From the NCBI RefSeq assembly GCF_000011465.1, contig NC_005072.1, positions 540,001 through 572,000 of the forward strand: a stretch of DNA of 32,000 nucleotides, given 5' to 3'. The notes beneath the pieces were generated by a model that saw only the letters and a program-made list of their open reading frames with translations, did no database searches and was not told the origin of the DNA. Source of the stretch: Prochlorococcus marinus subsp. pastoris str. CCMP1986. Lineage in GTDB: Bacteria; Cyanobacteriota; Cyanobacteriia; PCC-6307; Cyanobiaceae. The translations under genes were made by a program, and so were the position numbers. Shown here in pieces: positions 19,890 to 31,111 of the stretch; position 1 is the first letter of the stretch, and every line of letters starts with the position of its first letter.

Positions 19890-20483
19890 TTGTCAAAGAG
19901 AAATCCCATAATATTAATTCATGGACTCTGGAATACAGCAGACATTTTCTCTTCGATAACTTCTAAACTTGATGAAATTGGAATTGAATATTTTTCCCCA
20001 ACATTAAAGCACGAATATGGAATGACATCTATTGTTGAATTAACTAATTTATTAAATTATTTGATTTTAGAAAAATATGGTTATGAAAAAGAGCTTGATA
20101 TTTTGGGATTTTCGATGGGTGGAATAATTGGTAGATATTGGATTAAAAAATTGAATGGTTATAAAAGAACTCGAAGATTTATAACTATTGGTTCGCCACA
20201 TAATGGAACTCTTTCATCTCAATTAATTCCTAAGTATCCCTTTAAAGGAATATCTGAGATGAAAATAAATAGTCCTTTATTAAGAGAGCTTTCTAGATCC
20301 GATTATCTTCTTAGTGGAATCGATTGTATTAGTTTTTTTACTTATTGGGATCTTATGGTTTTCCCTGGATGGAGAGCTTGTTTGAATTCGGGTGAGAAAA
20401 TATCATTAAAGATCTATAAACATAAAAATTTGGTAAGAAATCCAGATGCTGTTGATAAAATTATCGAAAAACTTCTTAATTAA
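19890..20483 (+). CDS. Alpha/beta hydrolase, lipase-like (PGAP1/triacylglycerol lipase type)
   Basis: 197 aa, TTG start; oxyanion-type IILIHGLW and nucleophile elbow LGFSMGGIIGRYW, then TIGSPHNGTL. Confidence 0.85.
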   Translation: MSKRNPIILIHGLWNTADIFSSITSKLDEIGIEYFSPTLKHEYGMTSIVELTNLLNYLILEKYGYEKELDILGFSMGGIIGRYWIKKLNGYKRTRRFITIGSPHNGTLSSQLIPKYPFKGISEMKINSPLLRELSRSDYLLSGIDCISFFTYWDLMVFPGWRACLNSGEKISLKIYKHKNLVRNPDAVDKIIEKLLN

Positions 20484-22563
20484 CAGATGATAGACCTAAG
20501 TGTCTTATCAAAGAATCGGTTTTAGGTTCTCTCCCTCTAAATAATTTAAATACCTCTAAAGGAGAGAAACTTCCACCAAGACTTAAAATTGTATCTTTGA
20601 ATTTTTTACCTATGACTTTTATATTTTGATTATTTTCTAAATCAGCCTCTTCAAACATAGAAAAAGCATCGGCGCTTAAAACCTCTGCCCATTTATAAGA
20701 ATAATATCCAGCGGAATAACCTCCTGCAAATATGTGGCTAAAGCAACAAAGGAACTTATCTTCTCGAATAGGCTCGATTACCGTTGTATTTCTGGCAATT
20801 TCTTTTCTTATCTCATCAGAATTTTTACCCTGATTACTATTAATATTGCTATGCAATCTTATATCTGTAATTGCAAAATGTAGTTGTCTTAAAGTAGCCA
20901 TTCCGCAATTAAAAGTTCTATTCTTTACTAATTTTTCGAAATTCTCATCAGATAATTTCTCCCCTGTTTTATAGTGTTTGGCAATATTTAATAAAGTGTT
21001 TTTGTGAAAACACCAGTTTTCCATAAATTGACTAGGAAGTTCAACAGCATCCCATTCTACATTATTAATACCGGCTGCTTGTGGAAGATTTACTGTGGTA
21101 AGCATATGTTGAAGACCATGACCAAATTCATGGAACAAGGTTTGAACTTCATCAAAACTCATCAAACTTGGTTTGTCTTTGGATGGCGGGGTTTGATTAC
21201 AAACTAAATAAGCAACAGGTAATGTAATTCTACCAATATTGTTTCTGTTAAGGCATTCGTCCATCCAGGCACCTCCCCTCTTTGACTCGGGACGAGAGTA
21301 GGGATCCAGATAAAATGAAGCTATTTTTTTATCATCTTTATTTAGGATATTAAAAAACAAAACGTCATCATTCCATATAGGAGCTTCATTTATGGCTTCA
21401 ATTACTTTGATGTCGAAGAGCTTTTCACTAAGTTTAAAAAGACCTTTTAAAACATCATTCAGAGGGAACCAGGGTCTAAGTGATTCTTGATCTAAATTAA
21501 GTTTTTCCTTTCTGAGAAGCTCCGACCAATAGCTAATGTCCCATGATTGAAGATTTTCAGAGTTAGGGAATCCATTATCTTTTGAAAACTTATTAAGTCT
21601 AACTAATTCATTTTTGGCTGTTTTAAAGGCAGGCTTTCTAATCTCCTCTAAAAGTTTTTCAACATTATTAATTTCCTTAGCCATTTTTGTTGAAAGGCTT
21701 AATTCTGCCCAGCTTTCGTAACCAAGAAGTTTAGCCTGTTTAGTCCTAAGAGATAGAATTTCTTCAATTATTTGAGAGTTATTTTTTTCTCCATGAGAGG
21801 CTCTGCTTACAAAAGCTTTATATAATTTTTCCCTGAGATTACGGTCACTGGCATATGTCATAAACGCGGTATAGGTCGGAATATCTAAACTTAATCTCCA
21901 TGGCCCATTTTTTGCATCAGCTTCTCCTTCTTTATTTAAGGATTTGTGAGCTGATATTGACATTAGTTCTAAAACCCTTTCTGGGACTCCATCTATTTGA
22001 GATTTATCATTTAGGATTAATGACCAAGAATTAGTAGCATCTAAAACATTATTGCTGAATTTTGTAGAAAGTTTTCCAAGCTTTTCAGAAATAACATTGA
22101 ATTCTTTCTGGGTATCTGTATTTAATGAAATACCTCTATGTTCCATTTCGAGAATTTCTTTTTCTAGAATTCTATTTTTGATTTCATCAAAATCATTTGT
22201 TTTTTTAAGCTTTAAAAGAGCACTATAAATAATTTTACTTTGTCCAAACTTATTACTTAGATTAATAATTTCAGGTAGAAACTTTGAGTAAATTTCTCTT
22301 AAGCTTTCAGAATTTTTTACTCCATTAAGATGACTTATAACTCCCCAACTCCACCTTAGAATCTCATTGACTTCATTTAAAGGATTAATTACTTTGTCCC
22401 ATTCTAGATTTTCTTGTTCTAAGTAATTAGATAAAAATTTTTCAATTTTTTTGAAATCTAGATTTATCTTTTCTATTACGCCTGGAAATTCTTGATTAAT
22501 TCTATCGGAAGAAAATTTGTTAAATTCTGGTAATTCTCCGTAATTAAAAATTGAAGTTTCCAT
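20476..22563 (-). CDS. prlC: Oligopeptidase A-like M3 family metallopeptidase
   Basis: 695 aa; zinc motif FHEFGHGLQHMLT, C-terminal SAGYYSYKWAEVLSADAF. Confidence 0.93.
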   Translation of the reverse strand: METSIFNYGELPEFNKFSSDRINQEFPGVIEKINLDFKKIEKFLSNYLEQENLEWDKVINPLNEVNEILRWSWGVISHLNGVKNSESLREIYSKFLPEIINLSNKFGQSKIIYSALLKLKKTNDFDEIKNRILEKEILEMEHRGISLNTDTQKEFNVISEKLGKLSTKFSNNVLDATNSWSLILNDKSQIDGVPERVLELMSISAHKSLNKEGEADAKNGPWRLSLDIPTYTAFMTYASDRNLREKLYKAFVSRASHGEKNNSQIIEEILSLRTKQAKLLGYESWAELSLSTKMAKEINNVEKLLEEIRKPAFKTAKNELVRLNKFSKDNGFPNSENLQSWDISYWSELLRKEKLNLDQESLRPWFPLNDVLKGLFKLSEKLFDIKVIEAINEAPIWNDDVLFFNILNKDDKKIASFYLDPYSRPESKRGGAWMDECLNRNNIGRITLPVAYLVCNQTPPSKDKPSLMSFDEVQTLFHEFGHGLQHMLTTVNLPQAAGINNVEWDAVELPSQFMENWCFHKNTLLNIAKHYKTGEKLSDENFEKLVKNRTFNCGMATLRQLHFAITDIRLHSNINSNQGKNSDEIRKEIARNTTVIEPIREDKFLCCFSHIFAGGYSAGYYSYKWAEVLSADAFSMFEEADLENNQNIKVIGKKFKDTILSLGGSFSPLEVFKLFRGREPKTDSLIRHLGLSSVN

Positions 22564-22567
22564 TTTA

Positions 22568-24118
22568 TCAAAGATTAAATTGACTAATGTTTGAGATTAA
22601 CCCAATTAATTTAGCTAAAGTTAGTTGTTGACTGAGAGCATTTGTTGAAGATTCATATAAATTTATAGCAATTTTTGGCCAAAAACCTATTACTAAAGTA
22701 GGCAATAATAAACTGAACCCGATTGTCAATTCTCTACCATTCATTTCTTTTACGGTAGCTAGCGCAGGAATTCTAGGTCCGAAAAATACTCTTCTACACA
22801 TCGAAAGAAGATATATGGGCGTTAGGACAAGACCAATTGCCGCTATAAGAATTGTGATTGATCTAAAAAGAGAGCTAAAACCCTCTTGACTTGTGATCCC
22901 TAAAAATACGGTGATTTCGCTTATAAATCCACTCATTCCTGGTAAGGCCAGAGACGCTAGTGAGCTCGCCAAGAAAAAAGCAAATGTTATGGGTAAGACC
23001 TTTGCTAAGCCACCCATGTTTGGAATTGACAGAGTATTTGTTCTCTCATAGAAGGAGCCTGTGACGAAGAACATTGCCGCCGCTATGAGTCCGTGACTTA
23101 TCATTTGTAGCATTGCTCCGCTTATACCTAACGCATCAACTGCTCCAATACCCAGAAGAACAAAACCCATATGACTTACTGAACTACATGCGATTCTTCT
23201 TTTCACGTTATCTTGAGCAAATGCATTTAAGGCCCCATATATTATATTGATAATTCCAAGAATAATTAAAGCAGGTGCAAGTTGTAGATGCACTTCGGGT
23301 AATATTTGTACATTAAATCTTAAAAGAGCATATCCCCCCATCTTTAAAAGGATTCCCGCTAGTAACATTGATACTGGAGCATTAGCTTCCCCATGAGCAT
23401 CAGGTAACCAAGTATGCAATGGGAAGATAGGAAGTTTAACACCAAAACCTATTAGAAATCCTAGATAAGATAATAATGCGAGACTACCTTTTACCTGTTT
23501 ATTTGTTATTTCGGTAAGATTTAGGGTAAATGTATCACCACTCAATGCAAGTGCAAGTCCGCTTATAAGTATTAGTAATGATGCTAATGCTGTATAAAGA
23601 ATAAATTTTGTAGCTGCATATAATTTTTTCTTGCCTCCCCAAATAGCAATAAGAAGATAAACAGGAACCAATTCTAATTCCCAAGCTAAGAAAAATAATA
23701 AGAAATCTTGAGAAAGGAAAACTAGTGCTTGAGCTGAGGCCTGAATTAGTAAAAGAGCAAAATATAAATTAGATTTTTTCTTTATTTTCCAACTAGCTGC
23801 AGCTGATAAAAAGGTAATTAATCCGCTCAAAGCTACTAGTGGCGCAGATAGTCCATCTATGCCAAGAGACCATTCTAGGCCTATTGAGGGTAGCCAAGTT
23901 AATCTTTCAATAAGTTGTAATGAGCTATTTGTTGTATCAAATTTTTGGAAAAGTACTCCAACTATGAGAAGAAAATCTATAAATAAAAAACTTAATGAGA
24001 TATTTCTTGGGAGTGTATTATCTTCTCCTTCCTTAGAACTTAAGAAAGGCATTATTAATGCCCCAATTAAGGGTAATAAAACAATAGATGATAGCAAAGG
24101 AAAAGATTCTAAATTCAT
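22568..24118 (-). CDS. ndhD: NAD(P)H-quinone oxidoreductase subunit 4
   Basis: 516 aa polytopic protein; [64 protein letters not shown]. Confidence 0.94.
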   Translation of the reverse strand: MNLESFPLLSSIVLLPLIGALIMPFLSSKEGEDNTLPRNISLSFLFIDFLLIVGVLFQKFDTTNSSLQLIERLTWLPSIGLEWSLGIDGLSAPLVALSGLITFLSAAASWKIKKKSNLYFALLLIQASAQALVFLSQDFLLFFLAWELELVPVYLLIAIWGGKKKLYAATKFILYTALASLLILISGLALALSGDTFTLNLTEITNKQVKGSLALLSYLGFLIGFGVKLPIFPLHTWLPDAHGEANAPVSMLLAGILLKMGGYALLRFNVQILPEVHLQLAPALIILGIINIIYGALNAFAQDNVKRRIACSSVSHMGFVLLGIGAVDALGISGAMLQMISHGLIAAAMFFVTGSFYERTNTLSIPNMGGLAKVLPITFAFFLASSLASLALPGMSGFISEITVFLGITSQEGFSSLFRSITILIAAIGLVLTPIYLLSMCRRVFFGPRIPALATVKEMNGRELTIGFSLLLPTLVIGFWPKIAINLYESSTNALSQQLTLAKLIGLISNISQFNL

Positions 24119-24196
24119 AGAATAATGAATAATTTTTTTATTCTAGTTGAAGTTGTTCTAGCTTGAGACTATAACATTAAAAATGCCTAAGTAAAA

Positions 24197-25144
24197 CTAC
24201 TTACCAGAGATATCCCTGAATTGGCTGCCTGTTGTTTGGACGTTCAAATATGGTGCTCTACTTGCCACGCCTGAGTTTTCCCAAGCTTTTACCATGGCTT
24301 GACTGACTTCTCTACCCTTGTCCTTTTTACACAAAGCTAATATACTTGGCCCTGCTCCACTAATTGCACAGCCCAAAGCGCCAGCTTGTAGTGCGGCATC
24401 TTTAACTTCCAATCCACCTTTAATAAGCTTCCATCGGTATGGTTCATGTAATTTGTCAAACATGCCCTCTTTTATTAATTCATCATTACCTGTTTTTAAG
24501 CCGTTTAGTAATAAAGTAAGTGCCCCCATATTTGTTACAGCATCAGAAATAGGTACATTCTTCGGCATTACTCTCCTTGCTTCACTTGTACTTAAACGTA
24601 TAGCAGGTATTGCAACTACAGTTTTAATTGAATCATGCCAGTCACATCTAATAATTCTCCATCTCTGAGAAGATGACCTGGCAGTTAAACATAGCCCCCC
24701 CAAAAGAGAAGGAACTACATTATCAGGATGACCTTCAATATCAATCGCAAGTTCTAAAAGTTTTTCTTTAGGTAAAGGGGAGTTCATAATCGCATTTGCT
24801 CCGATTAGTCCTGCAACTATTGCTGTTGCACTACTCCCTAGTCCGCGAGCAGGGGGGACTGCTAATTTCACTCTAGCTTCAAGGGCGAAAGGTTTGATAT
24901 TGGCACTTTCCCATACTTTCTGCGCAGCCCTAAAAACTAAATTTTCTGGGCCTCCTCTTAAGTGATTACCATCAGTACTCTCCATTATCAAATCAAATCG
25001 ATCTCTGCCTCCATCTATTCTTGTAAAGATAAATTCGTTATATAAATCTAATGCTGCACCTAGACAGTCGAATCCAGGACCTAAATTAGCAGTTGTAGAA
25101 GGAACTGTTACTATAATTTTTTTTCCTACTTCTGGAGAAGACAT
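24197..25144 (-). CDS. thrB: Homoserine kinase
   Basis: GHMP kinase; VTVPSTTANLGPGFDCLGAAL, PPARGLGSSATAIVAG, GAISGAGPSILAL. Internal ATG at 25144 preferred; it avoids overlap with glk and starts directly before the conserved domain. Confidence 0.94.
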   Translation of the reverse strand: MSSPEVGKKIIVTVPSTTANLGPGFDCLGAALDLYNEFIFTRIDGGRDRFDLIMESTDGNHLRGGPENLVFRAAQKVWESANIKPFALEARVKLAVPPARGLGSSATAIVAGLIGANAIMNSPLPKEKLLELAIDIEGHPDNVVPSLLGGLCLTARSSSQRWRIIRCDWHDSIKTVVAIPAIRLSTSEARRVMPKNVPISDAVTNMGALTLLLNGLKTGNDELIKEGMFDKLHEPYRWKLIKGGLEVKDAALQAGALGCAISGAGPSILALCKKDKGREVSQAMVKAWENSGVASRAPYLNVQTTGSQFRDISGK

Positions 25145-25151
25145 ATGAAAA

Positions 25152-26189
25152 TTATTCTTTTTGTGAAAGCATTTTTGCTCTGCAGGCTGCGCTAAATAAT
25201 CCAAACTCTTCATCTAAGATTACATTCACAGGTATATTTTTAAGAATATCTTTTAATCTTCCTTTATCTGAAAATTGTTTCATAAATAAACCTGATTTAA
25301 AGTTTATGAAATGTTTTGGAGCGGTTCCTCCAGAAATCCATAACCCTCCATAACATAATTCTTGAAGAGCAACGTCACCCAATAATGAGGCGTAAGCATC
25401 TAACCATATTCTTTCCACTTCAATCATCATCTTATCCCCTAGATTAGAAAGATTACAAATTTCTTGAGGAAGTTCTTTTCTTAAATTATCAGAAGTTTTT
25501 AATTCTTTTAAGTATTTTTGTAGAGGATGGTTTTTGGCATCAGGTTTGCTAAGTCTCCACTCAGCTATTCTTGATAACCCAGTCCCACTTATGATTCTTT
25601 CACAAGATATTCTTTCAACTTTTAAAGAATATTTGAGCCAATTCTTTAATTCCCATTCTAAATCTGACTTTGGCGAGTATTCAACATGACCACCTTCGCT
25701 AGCTAAAACTTTTACTTTATTTCCAGATATTATGCCTTTTGCAATGCCTAGACCAGTTCCTGCTCCAACGATTGCATGTAAATCTTTATTGACGCCTACT
25801 GACCGGTCTCCATTTTGAATAGCAGAATATTGACTTTTTTTCAAAAAAGGTATTCCATAAATTTGCACTGCAAAATCGTTTACTAGCTCGCAATTTTTAA
25901 ATTTAAATTTCTTTTTTAATTCATCGCCAGAAATATTCCACGATAAATTAATTATTTCCGCATTATTATTAGATATGGGACCTGCTACCGCGAAACAAGC
26001 AGAAAAAGGATGATTAATGTTTTTGCATTCATTTTTTAAGAAATCTTCTAAAATTGTGTCAATTGAATCCCATTCAGAAGATAAATATTTTTTTTTTAAA
26101 ATTAAAATTGGAGTACAAGTATTAACTTCCTTTTTGAAAATTCCTAAAAGAACTTTTGTACCTCCTAGATCACAAGCAAGAAAATTCAT
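25152..26189 (-). CDS. glk: Glucokinase
   Basis: 345 aa; MNFLACDLGGTKVLLGIF, LVNDFAVQIYGI, AIVGAGTGLGIAKG, EGGHVEYSP. Confidence 0.9.
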   Translation of the reverse strand: MNFLACDLGGTKVLLGIFKKEVNTCTPILILKKKYLSSEWDSIDTILEDFLKNECKNINHPFSACFAVAGPISNNNAEIINLSWNISGDELKKKFKFKNCELVNDFAVQIYGIPFLKKSQYSAIQNGDRSVGVNKDLHAIVGAGTGLGIAKGIISGNKVKVLASEGGHVEYSPKSDLEWELKNWLKYSLKVERISCERIISGTGLSRIAEWRLSKPDAKNHPLQKYLKELKTSDNLRKELPQEICNLSNLGDKMMIEVERIWLDAYASLLGDVALQELCYGGLWISGGTAPKHFINFKSGLFMKQFSDKGRLKDILKNIPVNVILDEEFGLFSAACRAKMLSQKE

Positions 26190-26198
26190 CTGTGAAAA

Positions 26199-28115
26199 TT
26201 ATTCTGTTCTTCCTTTTTTTTCTATTAAATTATTCATTAATTTATAGAGATCATCTAACTTGAAAATTCCTAAATTTTTTCCATCTAAGGCTCTTAAAGC
26301 AACTGAATCAAATTGTTCTTCTTTATCGCCAATAACTGCAATTAACGGAATTCTTCCAATAGTTGCTTCTCTTATCTTATAGCCTATTTTTTCATTTCTA
26401 ATATCAACTTTCGAACGATATCCCTTAGAATTTATTAATTGATTAAATTTCAAACATTTTTCAATATTCCTATCGGTAATGCTCAACAAAATTATTTGAT
26501 AAGGTGCAAGCCAGATTGGGAATTTGGCTTCATATTGTTCTATTAAGATTCCAATAAATCTTTCAAAAGATCCCAAAATTGCCCTGTGGAGCATTACTGG
26601 ATTTCTTTTTTCGTTATTCAAATCTATATAGGTTGCATCCAATCTTATAGGCATTGAGAAATCAACTTGAATTGTTCCACATTGCCAAACTCTATCAAGA
26701 CAATCTTTTAAAGAGAATTCTATTTTTGGACCATAAAAAGCCCCTTCTCCAGGCTGTAATACCCATTTAAGACTTTTATTATCAAGAGCCTTCATAAGTG
26801 CCTCTTCTGATTTATCCCAAATATTTTCACTCCCCACCCTTTTCTCAGGACGGGTTGATAATTTGATAATAATTTCATCAAAACCAAAAGTTTTATAAAC
26901 CTCGAAAACAAGATCAATGAAAGTAGACACTTCAGCTTGTATTTGTTCTTCTGTACAGAAAATGTGTGCGTCGTCCTGAGTAAAATTTCTAACTCTCATT
27001 AAACCGTGCAATGCACCAGAGGGTTCATTTCTATGACAAGAACCAAATTCAGCAAGGCGAATAGGTAAATCTTTATAACTTTTTAAACCTTGATTAAATA
27101 CTTGAATATGGCAAGGACAATTCATTGGTTTTATTGCATAAGTTCTATTTTCTGATGCCGTAGTGAACATATCTTCTCTGAATTTATCCCAATGACCTGA
27201 TTTTTCCCAAAGAGATTTATCAACAGCTTGAGGGGTTTTAATTTCTAGATAATCATTTTTATTAAGTATTTCTCTTACATATTTTTCAAGAACTTGGTAG
27301 ATTGTCCATCCATTTGGATGCCAAAAAATCATACCTGGAGATTCTTCTTGTATGTGAAAGAGTGAATGCTTTTTTCCAAGTTTTCTATGATCTCTTTTTT
27401 CCGCCTCTTCGATTCTTTTTAAGTAATCATTGAGTTCTTTCTCTTTAGCCCAAGCAGTTCCATATATTCTCTGTAATGATTCATTTTCACTATTACCTCT
27501 CCAATATGAACCAGATAACTTTAATAATTTAAAATGTCTAAGGTGGCATGTATTTGGAACATGAGGACCTCTGCACATATCAATATATTCTTCGTGTTTA
27601 TATAAATTGATGAGACCTTCATCAGGAATTTCTTCAATTATTCTTAATTTAAAAGTTTCATCTCTTTCTTGAAAAGTTTTAATTGCTTCTTTTTTGGTAA
27701 CTTGTAAAATCTCAACATCATAATTTTTTTTAATTAAGTTATTAATTCTGTTTTCTATTTTTATTAAATCCTCAGGCGTAAATCTATATTCCGAAAAAAT
27801 ATCATAATAAAAGCCATTATCAATTACTGGACCAATTGCCATTTTTATATTTGGATAAAGTTGTTTAACGGCATGACCAATCAAATGAGCAAAGGAATGT
27901 CTAATTATCTCTATACCGTCTTTATCACGGGATGTAATTATTACCACTTTAGAATCATTATCTATGGGAAGTGTTGCATCAAAAAGAACGTCATTTACTT
28001 TTCCCGCAATTGTTGCTTTGGCTAAGCCGGATCCAATACTCTGAGCTATTTCTTGAATAGTTACCGGCTTTTCAAATACTTTTTTAGATCCATCTGGTAA
28101 TGTTATTTCTGGCAT
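26199..28115 (-). CDS. thrS: Threonyl-tRNA synthetase
   Basis: 638 aa; TGS domain, editing domain [12 protein letters not shown], class II motifs, [51 protein letters not shown]. Confidence 0.97.
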   Translation of the reverse strand: MPEITLPDGSKKVFEKPVTIQEIAQSIGSGLAKATIAGKVNDVLFDATLPIDNDSKVVIITSRDKDGIEIIRHSFAHLIGHAVKQLYPNIKMAIGPVIDNGFYYDIFSEYRFTPEDLIKIENRINNLIKKNYDVEILQVTKKEAIKTFQERDETFKLRIIEEIPDEGLINLYKHEEYIDMCRGPHVPNTCHLRHFKLLKLSGSYWRGNSENESLQRIYGTAWAKEKELNDYLKRIEEAEKRDHRKLGKKHSLFHIQEESPGMIFWHPNGWTIYQVLEKYVREILNKNDYLEIKTPQAVDKSLWEKSGHWDKFREDMFTTASENRTYAIKPMNCPCHIQVFNQGLKSYKDLPIRLAEFGSCHRNEPSGALHGLMRVRNFTQDDAHIFCTEEQIQAEVSTFIDLVFEVYKTFGFDEIIIKLSTRPEKRVGSENIWDKSEEALMKALDNKSLKWVLQPGEGAFYGPKIEFSLKDCLDRVWQCGTIQVDFSMPIRLDATYIDLNNEKRNPVMLHRAILGSFERFIGILIEQYEAKFPIWLAPYQIILLSITDRNIEKCLKFNQLINSKGYRSKVDIRNEKIGYKIREATIGRIPLIAVIGDKEEQFDSVALRALDGKNLGIFKLDDLYKLMNNLIEKKGRTE

Positions 28116-28118
28116 GAT

Positions 28119-29135
28119 TTATTTCTCTATTTCAAAAAATCCTAATTCAGATTTAACTCTACTAAGGGTTTTATTTGCCACTACTTCAGCTTTCTCTTTA
28201 CCTTGGATAAGTATCTTATTTAACTCATGCGGATCGTTAATCAGAACTTGATATCTTTCTTGAATAGGTTTAAGCGATTCTATTATTTGTTCTGTAAATA
28301 TTTTTTTAAAGGTCCCCCATCCTGTTTGAGATAAATCGTTCTCTAATTCAGAAACTTCTTTACCACTTAATAATGAATAAATCATTAAAAGATTTCTGGA
28401 TTCAGGCCTCTCGGGATTATTAAATTCCATTCCCATATAACTATCACTTTTAGCTCTTTTTATTTTTTTTGTAATTATTTCAGGAGTATCTAACAAATTA
28501 ATTCTACTCCCCTCGTTAATGTCACTTTTGCTCATTTTTTTAGATCCATCATTTAAGCTCATTATCTTTGAACCTTTTTTCATAATTATTGGTTGAGGAA
28601 TTTTTAATATGTTTTCTTCCTTACCAAATTTGGCATTAATTCTCTGTTGTGCAATATCTTTGGCAAGTTCTAAGTGTTGTTTTTGATCTTCCCCTACTGG
28701 AACATAATCAGCATCGTATAACAAAATATCCGCAGCCATTAAGATTGGATAATCAAATAATCCAATAGAAACATTATTTCCTTGCTGAATAGATTTTTCC
28801 TTAAATTGGATCATTCTTTCCATCCAATTTATGGGAGTCATGCAATTTAATATCCAACAAAGTTCTGAATGTGCAGATATCTGGCTTTGAACAAAAATAG
28901 AACAAATTTTAGGATTTATACCACAAGCAATATATAAAGCTGCAGTGGAAAGTGTATTTTTAGAAAGTTGTTTGGTGTCATATTCTGTAGTAATTGCATG
29001 TAAATCAACTACACAAAGGAATGTTTCATGCTTCTCTTGGAGTTCAACCCAATTGTTTATTGCTCCAAGCCAGTTACCAATATGTAAATCTCCTGTAGGT
29101 TGAACTCCAGAAAGAATCCTTTTTTTATTTGTCAT
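28119..29135 (-). CDS. trpS: Tryptophanyl-tRNA synthetase
   Basis: RILSGVQPTGDLHIGNWLGAI (HIGH-type) and KMSKSD (KMSKS). Start at 29135 (MTNKKRILSGVQ) preferred over 29228. Confidence 0.95.
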   Translation of the reverse strand: MTNKKRILSGVQPTGDLHIGNWLGAINNWVELQEKHETFLCVVDLHAITTEYDTKQLSKNTLSTAALYIACGINPKICSIFVQSQISAHSELCWILNCMTPINWMERMIQFKEKSIQQGNNVSIGLFDYPILMAADILLYDADYVPVGEDQKQHLELAKDIAQQRINAKFGKEENILKIPQPIIMKKGSKIMSLNDGSKKMSKSDINEGSRINLLDTPEIITKKIKRAKSDSYMGMEFNNPERPESRNLLMIYSLLSGKEVSELENDLSQTGWGTFKKIFTEQIIESLKPIQERYQVLINDPHELNKILIQGKEKAEVVANKTLSRVKSELGFFEIEK

Positions 29136-29580
29136 CCACTTCTTCTTGTTCTTTTTTGATTTCTTCTTTGATTTCTTCTTTGTTAGGTTGAGTTTGTTCA
29201 CTAGGTGTATTTTTAACTGGTCTTGCAAAAGGATCAGGAACTACTTTTTTACTTCTGTTTTCAGAAGCTGTTGCCTTATTCGGTGACGATGTGTTTTTGT
29301 TATTTCTTGCAAATTTTGTTATCGATTCCATTAAATCTTTATCTTCAATCATTTCGCTAAGTGTTCTAACTGAAAATCCTAAAACTGCGACTGTCGACTT
29401 GAGTTGAAAAGCCTCCTGTATTGATCTAACAGCTTTCATTTCATTATCACTTAATCTTATTCGAAATCCTCCTCCATCTCTATTTCCTCCAGATCTGTTC
29501 CTAAAGTTAGATCTATCATTATTACCACGGCTTCTGTAGTTCTCTTGACCATAATTATTGTCGTAATTGGAATTTGACAT
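29125..29580 (-). CDS. Conserved-looking hypothetical protein with RG-rich N-terminus and acidic/lysine tail
   Basis: 151 aa; RSRGNNDRSNFRNRSGGNRDGGGF, then helical core IRLSDNEMKAVRSIQEAFQLKSTVAVLGFSVRTLSEMIED; overlaps the trpS start by 11 bp. Confidence 0.7.
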   Translation of the reverse strand: MSNSNYDNNYGQENYRSRGNNDRSNFRNRSGGNRDGGGFRIRLSDNEMKAVRSIQEAFQLKSTVAVLGFSVRTLSEMIEDKDLMESITKFARNNKNTSSPNKATASENRSKKVVPDPFARPVKNTPSEQTQPNKEEIKEEIKKEQEEVDDK

Positions 29581-29750
29581 CTTAGAGATTCTTTTTTTTA
29601 TTTAAACAGTCTATTAACTTACCACCTAGTTATGCAAGAAGTCTTAAATTGAGCTTTAAAAAATTTTATCTATAGTTGAAGAGTTATGTAATTTTTCTTT
29701 TTTCATTCACAACTTGCACTAAAGTAGAAAAATAAGGATATTAAATTATT

Positions 29751-31076
29751 GTGTTTGATATTAGCAAAGAAAACTTTTTTAAGAATTTAATAAAGTTCCC
29801 CAAAAAAAATATATTTATGATTCTACTTTTTTTAGGTTTTGGAGAATGGTTTTTAAGTGATTTAATAAATTTTGCAGGCGGTTCGATAGGTTTTTTTATT
29901 TTATGTTTTGGGGGATATTTTTACTTAAAAAGTGAAAAGCCAAAATTTAATGAGCCAAAGGACTTAGATGGTTGGATAAAACTTTGTAATGAAGATTTAG
30001 ATTTCTTCGAGGAAATTGAATTACATAATAATTTAGAAAAACAAAATATTAATAGAAAAAAAGCTCTTGAATTAATATTAAATAGAGAGAAAAAAGAAGA
30101 GATTTATTGTATTGGGCAGAAGAATTTTGACTCGAATGCAACATTATTTAAAAATTACTTTAAAGAAGATAAGTTTAAATTAAATTTTATGGAAAGACTT
30201 CCAAAATATAATTCTTCTGAAATTGTTCCTGAAGTAATTTTAAATAGCGATGCTATTTTGTATTTTTTAAAATTACCTTTATCCGCTAATGATTTTTTGT
30301 GGTTAGAAAAACTTCCTAAAAATATGCCCATTTGGTTAGTTGCATCATTTACAAAAGGATTAAGTTTTAATAATGAAATAGAAGAAGTTAAGGCTCAGAT
30401 TTCAGGAGAATATGCAAACAGAATAATTAAATTTGACAAAACTAAAAATAGCTTTGCAAATATACCTTTTTCTTTGCGTAAGTTTTTTATAAGTTCAAAT
30501 AATAATATTGAAAATACTAAAAAAAGACTTTTGAAGAGATTGCATACGAATTGGCAATCTGAGATTGAGGGAATAAGAAGAATGCAGTTGAATGATTTAC
30601 AGAGGAGAAATCAAATTATCGTTGCTACTTCAGTTTTCTTTTCTCCGATTCCATCAATAGATGTCTTATCAATGACTGTTTTAAATTCCTTAATGATTAA
30701 AGAAATTAAGTCTATATGGGGATGTAATTGGTCTCCAGAAATATTGGATAAAGTATCAAAACAAATAATCAAGACTGCAATTGCACAGGGAGTAATTGAA
30801 TGGAGTGGTCAGACTTTAATAGGTTTAACAAAATTGCATGGCCCAAATTGGTTAGTAACTGGGGCATTCCAAGCAATAAGCGCAGCATATTTAACAAGAG
30901 TAGTATCAAGTTCATTGGCCGATTTCATGGCTTTAACAAAAGGAGTCTCAGAACCTGATTTGGAATTTATAAAAGAAAACTCCGATAAGATCGTTGAAAG
31001 AGCCTTTGAAAATGAAAAAATAAATTGGAAATCTTTGATACCAGAGTTAAATATTCCATTGACTCGACTCACCTAA
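29751..31076 (+). CDS. DUF697/YcjF-like membrane protein of unknown function
   Basis: 441 aa, GTG start; N-terminal hydrophobic segments, C-terminal RNQIIVATSVFFSPIPSIDVLSMTVLNSLMIKEIKSIWG...SSSLADFMALTKG. Confidence 0.65.
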   Translation: MFDISKENFFKNLIKFPKKNIFMILLFLGFGEWFLSDLINFAGGSIGFFILCFGGYFYLKSEKPKFNEPKDLDGWIKLCNEDLDFFEEIELHNNLEKQNINRKKALELILNREKKEEIYCIGQKNFDSNATLFKNYFKEDKFKLNFMERLPKYNSSEIVPEVILNSDAILYFLKLPLSANDFLWLEKLPKNMPIWLVASFTKGLSFNNEIEEVKAQISGEYANRIIKFDKTKNSFANIPFSLRKFFISSNNNIENTKKRLLKRLHTNWQSEIEGIRRMQLNDLQRRNQIIVATSVFFSPIPSIDVLSMTVLNSLMIKEIKSIWGCNWSPEILDKVSKQIIKTAIAQGVIEWSGQTLIGLTKLHGPNWLVTGAFQAISAAYLTRVVSSSLADFMALTKGVSEPDLEFIKENSDKIVERAFENEKINWKSLIPELNIPLTRLT

Positions 31077-31111
31077 TAATTCCAAATTTTAGACTTACTG
31101 TAAAGAAAATT

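Noticed and set aside
25145-25213. N-terminal extension MKSLDYLAQPAEQKCFHKKNNFH on thrB
   Set aside because: It overlaps the 3' end of glk and precedes the normal GHMP kinase start; the ATG at 25144 is more plausible.
29136-29228. Lysine-rich extension (KKKSKKKSKKNKKKW) on trpS as a possible RNA-binding tail
   Set aside because: It is an out-of-frame reading of the same-strand upstream gene's 3' end, whose GAA/AAA-rich codons give Lys runs in another frame. The standard start MTNKKRILSGVQPTG is at 29135.
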